Both the position numbers and the translations under genes were made by a program. From contig JAWCKZ010000002.1 in the NCBI GenBank assembly GCA_038851325.1, positions 58,902 through 122,901 of the forward strand: a DNA stretch of 64,000 nt, read 5' to 3'. Shown piece after piece: positions 37,117-49,711 of the stretch. This stretch comes from Candidatus Bilamarchaeaceae archaeon. Its GTDB lineage: Archaea; Micrarchaeota; Micrarchaeia; Anstonellales; Bilamarchaeaceae. The notes below the pieces were generated by a model, which was not told the DNA's origin, made no database searches, and saw only the letters and a program-made list of their open reading frames with translations. Position 1 is the first letter of the stretch, and every line of letters starts with the position of its first letter.

Positions 37117-37746
37117 ATGAAGGATAAATTTAGTATACCTGTCATTATGCTGTCGCTGTGTTTACTTTTGCTAGGTTGCATTACTCTTGGTGGAGTGGAA
37201 AAGCCAATAGAAACTCAACCTGAAACCATCCCGCAGCAGTGCAGGGTAGTGACGGAGCAAATACCATATCTTGAAGAGGTTTGCAGAGAGGAGATGCACG
37301 GAAGGGAGGAATGCGAATATAAAGAGCTTCCCTTTGTGGTAAGCCAAGTTGAGGAAATCGATTTGTGTATGGAAGGGGATTCCTGTTCCGGAAAGCCTCT
37401 TGGCGAATGCATCTCAAGATGCACCAAGGCAATGAAGAGATGCAAAATGAACATAACAAACTTGGATACCAGACATAGTGGGGTATGGAGTGTTGGTGCT
37501 ACATTTACGCAGGGAAAAAATTCTTTCATTAAAAATCCAGAGAGTGCAGAGATACTGCCGGGTAGAACGCATACATTTGATTTCACACAGATTTACTCTC
37601 TTGGAATTCCATCGACAAGCGCCACATGCTCGCTCTACGTCCTTACAAACGCATCTGTAAGAGACTGCAAGACTGTTAGTAGACCAGTGACCGTATGCGA
37701 AAATGTAACCAAAGTTAGAGAAGAGCAAAGAGTTGTTTGCGGATAG
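37117..37746 (+). CDS. Cys-rich putative lipoprotein
   Basis: Signal with LLGC lipobox-like motif, many Cys; GGTGA RBS. Confidence 0.75.
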   Translation: MKDKFSIPVIMLSLCLLLLGCITLGGVEKPIETQPETIPQQCRVVTEQIPYLEEVCREEMHGREECEYKELPFVVSQVEEIDLCMEGDSCSGKPLGECISRCTKAMKRCKMNITNLDTRHSGVWSVGATFTQGKNSFIKNPESAEILPGRTHTFDFTQIYSLGIPSTSATCSLYVLTNASVRDCKTVSRPVTVCENVTKVREEQRVVCG

Positions 37747-37751
37747 GAAGC

Positions 37752-38912
37752 ATGCAGGAGGAGCTGATGGGGACTGGCACGATTGGACAGGATGTGCTAA
37801 CTATCCACATCGGTGAGGTTGCGCTCAAAGGAAAAAATAGAAGAGATTTTGAAAGGCAACTCTTCGCAAACATAAAAGCAAAAATACCAGATGCGCATAT
37901 GATACGAGCGGACGGGAGATTCATTCTTGAAACAAAGAACTTAGACGCTGCGCTTGGTAAATTGGGGAAGATATTTGGGATATCCTGGTTCTCTAAGTCA
38001 GTGGTGCTCCCACCTGATGTGGACGGTATTGCAAAAGAGATCGCAGAAAGAATCGGGAATGAGCGGGTAAAAATCGAAACAAGACGCGTGGATAAGAGAT
38101 TTCCAAAAACGTCCGTGGAGATAAGTAAAGAGATTGCAGGTCGGATTGCCGCACTTGGAAAAAATCCGGTTGTGCGGGACTATGAGCGTATCGTTCTTAT
38201 CGAGATTCTGCGCGATATGGCTATTATTACATTTGAGAGAAATGAAGGTGCAGGTGGGCTACCGTATGGCTCGAGCGGAAGACTTCTGTCGCTTCTCTCA
38301 GGTGGGATAGACTCGCCGGTTGCGGCATGGCTTATGATGAGTAGAGGTTGTGAGCTTGAATTTTTGCACGTTCACGCGCAGCCGTCCAGTGAGGCTGTGA
38401 AGAAATCTAAAATAACCGCGCTTGTCAGCCGCCTTGCGGAATATGCACCAAACGCTCTTACTCTACATCTTGCGCCATATGAGGAGTTTTACAACGCATC
38501 CTCCAAAGTGCCCTCCCGCGAGGAGCTTATAGTCTTCAGAAAATTTCTCTTCCGTTTAGCAGATAGGATTGCACAAAAATCAAACGCTCTCGGAATAGTT
38601 TCCGGAGACAGCGTTGGGCAGGTAGCTTCCCAAACACTTCACAATCTTGCTGCGGTCAATAGCGCCGCCCACCTGCCGATATACCGGCCGCTTGTTGGTA
38701 TGGATAAGGAGCGGATAATCGAGATTGCAAAGAAAATAGGGACCTATGAAATCTCTGTTCAGCCATACAAGGATTGTTGTTCATTGGTCGCAGAGCGTCA
38801 TCCAACAACGCGTGCAAGATCGGAGAGAATAGAGGTTATAGAAAAAAAGATAGATATTGAGAACATAATAGAGAAAACAGTAAAAAAGATTGAGACCATT
38901 CATATTGGTTAA
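37752..38912 (+). CDS. thiI: tRNA 4-thiouridine(8) synthase ThiI
   Basis: GEVALKGKNR, PP-loop LLSGGIDSPVA, GDSVGQVASQTL, RPL, DCC. Confidence 0.95.
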   Translation: MQEELMGTGTIGQDVLTIHIGEVALKGKNRRDFERQLFANIKAKIPDAHMIRADGRFILETKNLDAALGKLGKIFGISWFSKSVVLPPDVDGIAKEIAERIGNERVKIETRRVDKRFPKTSVEISKEIAGRIAALGKNPVVRDYERIVLIEILRDMAIITFERNEGAGGLPYGSSGRLLSLLSGGIDSPVAAWLMMSRGCELEFLHVHAQPSSEAVKKSKITALVSRLAEYAPNALTLHLAPYEEFYNASSKVPSREELIVFRKFLFRLADRIAQKSNALGIVSGDSVGQVASQTLHNLAAVNSAAHLPIYRPLVGMDKERIIEIAKKIGTYEISVQPYKDCCSLVAERHPTTRARSERIEVIEKKIDIENIIEKTVKKIETIHIG

Positions 38913-38936
38913 TAAAAAGTGGTTAATAAAAAGTAG

Positions 38937-38970
38937 CAGAAAATCCCCGTGAGGGGATTTCTGGCTTTTT
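38937..38970. terminator. Hairpin between convergent genes, with T-rich tracts on both strands
   Basis: AAATCCCC-GTGA-GGGGATTT followed by CTTTTT; the 14-bp duplication GGTTAATAAAAAGT (38907-38934) gives U-tracts on the minus strand. Confidence 0.6.
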
Positions 38971-39085
38971 GGTGGGAGGATAGTGGAGAGAACGGGCGCT
39001 ATACAATAAAAATGAGAGGGGGTTGAGAGGCGGGAGGTATAGCGAACCGTTCTCTACCTTGCCTTTTAAGCATAATTCCCTTTTG

Positions 39086-39532
39086 TCACAGAAAGAAGAA
39101 AACCTTCTTTCCGACCTGTTTTTTCCTGAGCAGGTTCATATCGCATAGGCGGTTGAGCCTCGCAGATGCCGCATTTTTTCCTTTATAGTTGAACTTCGCG
39201 CGGACGTCGTCTGCTGTTACTTTTCCGCGTTCCCTGACAAACTCAAGTATGTTTTCGTCTATCTCAGGTATCAAAGGCTCTTCGAATTGTTCCTTTTCAG
39301 TACTGCTGTTCAGTGCGCGCTCTATTTGTTCAATCCTCGCGAGTATGTTTTTCAGTATTCTGTTGGTATTCTCTCTTTCTTCGAGGAGCTTGTACATAAG
39401 TTCGCCGAGGATGACCGGGTCGCGAAATTTTTCTATGTTTGTCTGGATATCTCGTTCGATCTCGTATGAAAGTCCGCCCTGTGAGCCCTGCGTAGCGTTA
39501 GATTTATATATCTTATCCTTACTATCTTCCAC
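39086..39532 (-). CDS. Coiled-coil plus C-terminal winged-helix protein
   Basis: ILEFVRERGKVTADDV...NAASARLNRL...LLRKKQVGKKVFF; GTG start after GGTGA. Confidence 0.8.
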   Translation of the reverse strand: MEDSKDKIYKSNATQGSQGGLSYEIERDIQTNIEKFRDPVILGELMYKLLEERENTNRILKNILARIEQIERALNSSTEKEQFEEPLIPEIDENILEFVRERGKVTADDVRAKFNYKGKNAASARLNRLCDMNLLRKKQVGKKVFFFL

Positions 39533-39622
39533 AGCAATCACCTGCGATTGTAATGTCGCGCAAATATCGCGCAACTGTCATGATATAATCATGATAATAT
39601 TTATAAATCTTTCGGTGTTAAC

Positions 39623-40165
39623 TTGCAATTTACAGCTCTTATTTCCTCTTTATATAACTATTTCAGGCAAAAAAGGGAGAAGAAGCTTAGAAGACTCAAG
39701 GATGACCTGCTTGACGAAGCGATAATGAGAAACAGTAAACTTCTCTTTGAGCTTGCTGTTCTCTCTTATGTTTTCTCAAAAATACTTTCTAGACCAAGAT
39801 TTCTTACTGAGCAATACGTGAAAGAACTAAACGAGATAGAACGGCTTCTTGGCCGTATCCTGGCAGGGATTGGTAAGAAGACAGATGCAGAACTACTATC
39901 GATAATACATGAGATAGAGAATGTTATAAAGCACCTGGAGAGAGAGGATCAGAGGTATTTTCGCGACTTGATAACAAAAGGACGGCTTAAGATGGCTTCA
40001 ACGATGTATGCAAAGGGCATTTCGCTGGGCACAGCGGCAAGCATGAGCGGTTTGGATAAGCAGGAAATACAAGAGTATGCAGGTAGCACACTGATGTTTG
40101 ATAGGGTTAAGGAAGAGATAGATATAAAAGAAAGAATAAAAAGAGCCAGAAGGCTTCTGGAGTGA
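39623..40165 (+). CDS. Hypothetical protein with UPF0175-like C-terminal HTH
   Basis: MYAKGISLGTAASMSGLD; immediately upstream of a PIN gene. Confidence 0.65.
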   Translation: MQFTALISSLYNYFRQKREKKLRRLKDDLLDEAIMRNSKLLFELAVLSYVFSKILSRPRFLTEQYVKELNEIERLLGRILAGIGKKTDAELLSIIHEIENVIKHLEREDQRYFRDLITKGRLKMASTMYAKGISLGTAASMSGLDKQEIQEYAGSTLMFDRVKEEIDIKERIKRARRLLE

Positions 40166-40169
40166 TTAG

Positions 40170-40853
40170 ATGCAAAAAACAATTGTTTGTGATTCCGGAG
40201 CCCTTATATCTCTCACAACCTCTTGTCTTACTGAAATTCTCTATATCTTTAAGAAAAAATATAATGTTTCGTTTATTATTCCGCCTGCGGTTGAAGAGGA
40301 AACCGTTCTCTACCCAATGCGAAGGCGCATAAAGGAGTTTTTGTTCTCCGCAGTGAAGATAAAGGATGCGATAAATGATGGTGTTATAACCGTTATGACG
40401 ACAGAGCGTCTTAAGCAAAACACCGAGAGACTGATAAAGCTTGCCAATAATATGTTTTATGCGCAGGGAAAATCGATAAATCTTCTTCATACGGGAGAGA
40501 CGGAAGTGCTTGCGCTCGCGGGAGAGATCGGCACAGAAACTATTCTGGTCGATGAACGAACAACGAGATTACTCCTGGAAACGCCGTTTAGGTTAAAGGA
40601 GCATATGGAAGAAGAGTTTGGAGTAAATATTATGATTAACAGAAATAGTTTCGAGGAGTTCTCAAAATATGTTGCGGGCTTGGACGCCATACGAAGCAGC
40701 GAACTTGCGATGCTTGCATACGAAATAGGCTACTTCAATAAATATCAGGGAATGGAAAAGGAAGCAGCGGAAGCCGCGCTTTATAAAATAAGATTCGCCG
40801 GGTGCAGTATAAGGTTTGATGAGATAGCAACATATCTGAAGCTGGTAGAATGA
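40170..40853 (+). CDS. PIN-domain protein (DUF3368-like)
   Basis: IVCDSGALI, IPPAVEEE, LHTGETEVLALA, ILVDERTTR acidic tetrad. Confidence 0.8.
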   Translation: MQKTIVCDSGALISLTTSCLTEILYIFKKKYNVSFIIPPAVEEETVLYPMRRRIKEFLFSAVKIKDAINDGVITVMTTERLKQNTERLIKLANNMFYAQGKSINLLHTGETEVLALAGEIGTETILVDERTTRLLLETPFRLKEHMEEEFGVNIMINRNSFEEFSKYVAGLDAIRSSELAMLAYEIGYFNKYQGMEKEAAEAALYKIRFAGCSIRFDEIATYLKLVE

Positions 40854-41542
40854 CCCTGCCATCGGTGTTTTCAAATTATGATAGCGTAAGGATAGTGCTT
40901 GACCATCGTGAGTCTGAGGAGTTTGTGGATTTGCTCACAGAGTTTGGTGCGCACGTAGAGAAGGCGCAGCTTGATGTTGGAGACTTTGTCTGTTCTGAGC
41001 GCGTTGTAGTAGAAAGAAAGACGCGCGAGGATTTTGAGACATCTGTAATAGATGGCAGACTTTTTAGACAGTTGGAAAATCTTGTTCATAATTTTCCGCG
41101 GCCCGTTGTAATCGTGGAAGGCCAGGAAGAGCGCTCTAATAGAATAACTCGAGAAGCGCTCATGGGCGCCTACTCCGCGATAGTGTCGGATTACGGACTT
41201 CCACTTATCTTCACGAGAGATACAAGTGAAACAGCAGAGTTTATTTTCTTTTTGGCAAAGCACGAGCAACGCTCAAAGAAACATCCGTTAAGGATATTTG
41301 CAAAACGAAAGTCTCTAACACCATCGCAAAGCGCACGCGCAATTGTTGAAATGCTTCCAAGCGTTGGACCAAAACTCGCAAAAGCTATCCTTCTTCACTT
41401 TGGTAATATAGAATCGTTCGTAAAAGCATCAGAGAATGAATTGGCTGAAGTTCCAGGACTTGGCGAGAAGCGTGCGCGCATTATATTCTCTCTTATTCGA
41501 TATCAGTACAAAGATGACGAGGATGAATTAACAGAGATTTGA
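40850..41542 (+). CDS. Short XPF/ERCC4 structure-specific endonuclease
   Basis: DHRE, GDF...VVVERKT..D, C-terminal tandem HhH (LPSVGPK, VPGLGEK). Confidence 0.92.
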   Translation: MTLPSVFSNYDSVRIVLDHRESEEFVDLLTEFGAHVEKAQLDVGDFVCSERVVVERKTREDFETSVIDGRLFRQLENLVHNFPRPVVIVEGQEERSNRITREALMGAYSAIVSDYGLPLIFTRDTSETAEFIFFLAKHEQRSKKHPLRIFAKRKSLTPSQSARAIVEMLPSVGPKLAKAILLHFGNIESFVKASENELAEVPGLGEKRARIIFSLIRYQYKDDEDELTEI

Positions 41543-41570
41543 ATCTTAAGTTTGGCTGATTTTAAGAATT

Positions 41571-41746
41571 CGGGCCTGGCGCGATTAACAGCCTGCAATA
41601 GAAATAACGAAAAGAATTAATATCAGCAGGCTTTTGAACGCGCGACCTGCGGATTTCAGCGGTCTTCAGCAAATAAGCCGAAAACATTAAAAGTCCGTCG
41701 CTCTACCAAGTTGCTCCAAGCGGGAGCTTGACTGAGCTACAGGCCC
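41571..41746 (-). tRNA. tRNA-Lys(UUU) with three introns (D-loop about 41709-41730, 37/38 41655-41687, T-loop about 41586-41633)
   Basis: Exons join to GGGCCTG TA GCTC AGTTGGTA GAGC G ACGGA CTTTTAA TCCGC AGGTC GCGCG TTCAAAT CGCGC CAGGCCC G; each insert folds as a hairpin; non-canonical junctions ambiguous by 1-2 nt. Confidence 0.9.
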
Positions 41747-41804
41747 GATTTTTATTTTTAATTTTCATGATTACCTTTATATTTCTATTCTTGGAAAACC
41801 CTAC

Positions 41805-42728
41805 ATGAACTCAACGAGCGCTAGAAGAAGATTGATATTTGGGACCATAGTTCTCCTTGTTGTAGGATTTTTGCTTGTAGTCATGGGATTTGTTCTCCTG
41901 AGCTATCTTGCACCGTTGATAACAGGGAAATGTGTGGCGGAGGTTGTTATAGATTATCCCCTCACGATAGACGGTAGCCCTGAGACGCTCGTATCAAGTG
42001 GGTATCCTAGCTCTGAAGAACTCGCTGCACGCATAAGGGAACTCAATACGAGGGAGGATGTTGGGGCTGTTCTTTTTGTAATAAACACTGGAGGCGGATC
42101 TGTTATCGCTACAAGAGAGATATACGATGCTATTAAGGAGCTGAAAAAACCAAAGGTTGCCTATTTCAGAGAAACGGCTGCTTCTGGAGGATATTACATA
42201 GCAACCGGGACGGATTACATCGTCTCAGAACCATACGCGATTACCGGAAACATAGGGGTAGTCGCTACTGTTGTTAGCATGGAGAGTCTTTTTGAGAAGA
42301 TCGGAGTGAACGTAACCTCTGTCACTTCTGGTGTTCACAAAGATATGGGCTCACCATACCGCAACATGACAGAAGAAGAGATAAAGATAATGGAGTCCAT
42401 CATCTTGGAGGTTTTTGAGGATTTCAAATCTGTTGTGCAGCATAACCGAGCAGGAAAGCTAAAGATTGCACGATTTAACGAAATTACGGATGGTAGGATA
42501 CTGAGTGGAAAACAAGCGCTAGAGGCCGGGCTCGTTGATCAACTGGGAAACAAGAACGATGCCATCATGAAGGCAGCTGAATTGGGAGGGATAACTGCAA
42601 AGAAGCCTGAGGACGTGCGGATCTGCAAGATTGAAGTGAAGCCTCAGGGAGCAACTCTTCTAAGCGCAGAGACAATGCTTAAGTCCATAGGTGAGCATTA
42701 CCAATCAATCGGGGTGTTCATGAGGTGA
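41805..42728 (+). CDS. sppA: Signal peptide peptidase SppA
   Basis: INTGGG, AASGGYYIA, TGNIGV, GVHKDMGSPYR, GLVDQLG. Confidence 0.93.
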   Translation: MNSTSARRRLIFGTIVLLVVGFLLVVMGFVLLSYLAPLITGKCVAEVVIDYPLTIDGSPETLVSSGYPSSEELAARIRELNTREDVGAVLFVINTGGGSVIATREIYDAIKELKKPKVAYFRETAASGGYYIATGTDYIVSEPYAITGNIGVVATVVSMESLFEKIGVNVTSVTSGVHKDMGSPYRNMTEEEIKIMESIILEVFEDFKSVVQHNRAGKLKIARFNEITDGRILSGKQALEAGLVDQLGNKNDAIMKAAELGGITAKKPEDVRICKIEVKPQGATLLSAETMLKSIGEHYQSIGVFMR

Positions 42729-43126
42729 AAAAAAGCAAACACCAGAAAAGGGAAAAGCAGGCTCAGCCTGCGCTACCCAAACATCCAGGGCTTTGCAGGG
42801 AGCCAGATATCCCCATTTTTCTTATCGGGGCGCTGATCGTTCTAGTTGTTCTCTATATCTTTTCCTTTTGGCAAGGACACGGCGCCGTGGGTGTGAACGA
42901 GCCCTATTTGCAACGAGAGTGTGAGGAAGGCACGACGAAACAATGTATGATTGATAACTGCACAGGTTTGGCAATTTGTCGCTCTGGAAAATGGGAGGGA
43001 TGCAGATTAGAGTTAGTTTGCACTCCGGGCTCTATAATGCCTTGCATTGAGGACTACTGCGTTATTGGCTACAAAAGATGTAACGAATGCGGAACGGGCT
43101 ATGAGAATTGCACTAAGCGTACCTAA
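42725..43126 (+). CDS. Small Cys-rich membrane-anchored protein
   Basis: TM helix followed by two C..G....C repeats. Confidence 0.7.
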   Translation: MKKSKHQKREKQAQPALPKHPGLCREPDIPIFLIGALIVLVVLYIFSFWQGHGAVGVNEPYLQRECEEGTTKQCMIDNCTGLAICRSGKWEGCRLELVCTPGSIMPCIEDYCVIGYKRCNECGTGYENCTKRT

Positions 43127-43676
43127 TTCTTTTCTTTATATCTTCAACTCGTGCCATAACAGCGCTAAAGCGTTTGCAAACTCTGTAGCCACTTAGAAAA
43201 CTTTTTCTGCTTCTTCCATTGTTTATTGCCTTTAGCATTGTGAAAACATCTGTCGCCATATCCTCGATATCGGTTGAAAAAAAGCCAAGACCAAAATCTA
43301 TGACAAAAAGCCTTTTTCCAGCTTTTATGAGATTCGCAGGTGTGTAATCTCCGTGAATTATACCGTGATTGTGAAGTCTTGCAAGATAAATCCCAGCGAT
43401 GCGCGCATTGCTCATGTTCATCGTAGGTCTTTTTCCGCTCAAAAGTGTCATTATGATAGAAAAATCATCAACATAGAGAACAGTGGGGCATGGCACATTT
43501 GCCATCTTAGCCCTGTGAAGGAGCCTGGCCTCGGCCTTTGTTCGCTGTCTTCTTAACAGAGTATCGATCTCCTTTAACCTGTATTTCTTTTCCATTCTTT
43601 TCTTTAGGATAGTCTTCTTTCCAAAAAAGCGTACCCTCTTCACAGTTGCCTCAGCGCCTCTGATTCGATCACCCAA
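43113..43676 (-). CDS. bud32: KEOPS kinase/ATPase Bud32
   Basis: RGAEA, RTKAEAR, IIHGDYTPAN, IDFGL; start TTG 43676 or ATC 43664. Confidence 0.93.
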   Translation of the reverse strand: MGDRIRGAEATVKRVRFFGKKTILKKRMEKKYRLKEIDTLLRRQRTKAEARLLHRAKMANVPCPTVLYVDDFSIIMTLLSGKRPTMNMSNARIAGIYLARLHNHGIIHGDYTPANLIKAGKRLFVIDFGLGFFSTDIEDMATDVFTMLKAINNGRSRKSFLSGYRVCKRFSAVMARVEDIKKRIRYA

Positions 43677-44390
43677 AAAAAAGTCTCGAGAATGCTAACA
43701 TGGTAAATAGGATAAAGCACCAGAATACTATGTACCCTACTCCAATAAGATTGAGCGCGTATCCCATGGCAAACATTCCAACAATCGTGATAGCCCATGT
43801 TAGCTTGCTCCATTTAATTACCTTGCTGCCGTCGAGCGGAAACGCAGGCAGCATATTAAATAAGCCTAAAATGATATTTATGAAGGCACCGAACATCCAG
43901 ACATTTATTAAGCCATTTTTAACAATCTCTCCGAAGTCAAGGTCTGCCAAAAACGATATGTAAATTCTTATCGGATTGGCGATTGCAAGAGAGAAAAAGA
44001 ACATTACTAGCGCTATATTTACTATCGGGCCCGCTAGCGATATAATTCCATTCTCTCTTTTGCTTATCCTCTGTGCATAGATATAAACTGCACCCGGGGC
44101 AGCAAATAGCATTCCGAATAACGAGACGATAAGCATTAAGATAAGCCCCTGCGTCCACATCTTGAATTTAGAATAGGCTCCATAATATATCGCCACCATT
44201 TTATGGCCCATCTCATGAAGCACAAAACCGCTTCCTATCGTTATTACAGATATCGCAACCATGAGCAAAAATTCTGCCGGATGCCTAAAAATACCTGAAA
44301 TTCCTTCAAGTCCACCAGCAAACACGATGGAGAGCGCAAGGGATATTGCAATGACGCTTATCAGTATCTCCTTTATCTCGTCCTCTTCTA

Positions 44391-44403
<13 letters not shown>
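43669..44403 (-). CDS. Site-2 (M50) metalloprotease
   Basis: HEMGH, ISLAGP, FNMLPAFPLDG. Confidence 0.93.
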
Positions 44404-47859
<3,456 letters not shown>

Positions 47860-47920
47860 AATATCTCCTGATCGCTATTAATCCTGATTGCTATTAAAAT
47901 ACTTTATGCCTAAATAATTC

Positions 47921-48937
47921 ATGCGTGCGATGTGCGCTGTTGAGTATACCTGGATTGCTGCAGAACTAAAGGCGCTTGTCGGAAAGAGACTCTCAAAACT
48001 ATCAAAGACCGCAAGTGGCTATCGTTTTCGTATCGGGGACTCCGATATTATCTGTCAGCCTCCGATCAGGATTCATACCACAAAATATATCGAGGAGAGT
48101 GAAGCGCCAGATCGATTTGTCGAGGAAGTCAGGAGAGAGCTTAGAGGGCGGATACTCAGAGGAGTCGAACAGATAAACAACGATCGTGTTCTAATGTTTG
48201 ACTTCGGTGAGTACAAATTATACTTCGAGATGTTTGCAAAGGGGAACATAGTGCTTACAAAAGATGGGAAGACCATCGTGGCACTTAGGTACGAGCAGTG
48301 GGCTGATAGAGAAATAAGACCAAACCATTCCTACATCCCGCCAAAAGCCCCCCCACAGAAAATCAAGGATGTTATATCGGATAAATACATTATTGTTTCG
48401 CTCCTTCACCTTCCGCTGGGAAAGGAGTACGTTGAAGAGCTTCTGGCCGCAACTGGCGTTCAAGAGAAAACAGCGGGTATTTCTATTACCGAAGGTCAAA
48501 TTAAAAGTCTCGAAGGGCAACTCGAAAAAATGAAAATGAATTTCAAACCATATGGTTTCTACAAAGATGGAAAACTTGTTGATTTCGGCCTTTTGCAATT
48601 CTCAAAATATATCGGGCTCAGGGTGCAGCCCTTCGCCTCGCTTAGTGAGGCCGCGGATGAGTATTACTGGGAGAATCAGGTTGCAGAGGAGCCAGCTGAG
48701 ATAAAGAAATTACAAATGCGCCTTGCAAAGCAGCAGGAATATTTGGAGGCTTTGAAAAGGGAGGAGGAAGAGCTTAGGAAAGCAGGTGACTGGTTTTATG
48801 CTAATTATCAATACGTCGAAACATTCCTTTCCGAAGCGCGTGCTGTCGGTTTAAAGAATCTTGATAGTCTGATGAAAAAATACAAAGAGATAAGAGCAAT
48901 AAATAAAGGAAAAAAAGAGATAGAAATCGAGATTTGA
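47921..48937 (+). CDS. NFACT/Rqc2-family protein, short form
   Basis: EQINNDRV, YFEMFAKGNIVL, SLSEAADEYY, coiled coil ending GD..YANY; ends at 338 aa. Confidence 0.85.
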   Translation: MRAMCAVEYTWIAAELKALVGKRLSKLSKTASGYRFRIGDSDIICQPPIRIHTTKYIEESEAPDRFVEEVRRELRGRILRGVEQINNDRVLMFDFGEYKLYFEMFAKGNIVLTKDGKTIVALRYEQWADREIRPNHSYIPPKAPPQKIKDVISDKYIIVSLLHLPLGKEYVEELLAATGVQEKTAGISITEGQIKSLEGQLEKMKMNFKPYGFYKDGKLVDFGLLQFSKYIGLRVQPFASLSEAADEYYWENQVAEEPAEIKKLQMRLAKQQEYLEALKREEEELRKAGDWFYANYQYVETFLSEARAVGLKNLDSLMKKYKEIRAINKGKKEIEIEI

Positions 48938-48962
48938 TGCTTATGCCTTCTCTTTTGGGTAT

Positions 48963-49370
48963 TTAGAAAACCTCTTCGGTGGTGATTAAGTAGTCTCTGA
49001 GAATGTGTTCTGCCTTTCGTGGTTTATCGACCGTCATTGATATTACAGTATTTGTACCATCCCTTGAGACCATATGAACGCTTGTTATGTTTATCCCCTC
49101 CTTTGAGAGCATGGATGTAATCTTGCTCAGCTCACCCGGTTTGTCAGCAAGCTTGAGCACAAGCCCTTCGAGCTCATTAACCTTATAGGAGGATGCTTCC
49201 AGGATGCTCTTAGCTCTTTCTCTATCAGACACTGTCAAGCTTATTATTGCTTTTCCACCTACCACATCAACGTTTATGGATTCTATGTTTATCTTTGCCT
49301 TTCCCAAAATGTAAGATATGTCCGCCAGCAAACCTACTTTATCATCAGCTACGATCACAAGTGGTTTCAC
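48963..49370 (-). CDS. Tandem ACT-domain protein
   Basis: DDKVGLLADIS..L....INI and ADKPGELSKIT..L...GINI. Confidence 0.9.
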   Translation of the reverse strand: MKPLVIVADDKVGLLADISYILGKAKINIESINVDVVGGKAIISLTVSDRERAKSILEASSYKVNELEGLVLKLADKPGELSKITSMLSKEGINITSVHMVSRDGTNTVISMTVDKPRKAEHILRDYLITTEEVF

Positions 49371-49399
49371 TCTCTACACCCCCATTCTTGTCTTATACC

Positions 49400-49699
49400 T
49401 TATACCCTATAGATTTGAATATGAGGGATACCATTTATATACCTTATGCATTCTTCGGAGACTATGCCCTCCTTGACTGCTATCTCCACAACATGTTTTC
49501 CCACGAGATTTGCAGACGAAAAACTCTTAAGTGCCTCCCTTATCTCATTTTCTGTTGCTATTCCCCCAACATAAAAATCCTTATATGTCTTTAAATCGAT
49601 ACACTCGCCGTCAGTCCCTTCAAACACTTTTCCTACAAGTTCTTTGTCGCACGCAGCCACTATCTTTCCTCCTTTGGTTTCGTGAATCTTGAGATACGT
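49400..49699 (-). CDS. DUF424-family protein (probable ACG start)
   Basis: YLKIHET..GKIVAACDKELVGK, FYVG, ANLVG, INGIPHIQIY. Confidence 0.88.
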   Translation of the reverse strand, partial: TYLKIHETKGGKIVAACDKELVGKVFEGTDGECIDLKTYKDFYVGGIATENEIREALKSFSSANLVGKHVVEIAVKEGIVSEECIRYINGIPHIQIYRV

Positions 49700-49711
49700 T
49701 TTATCACCCTT

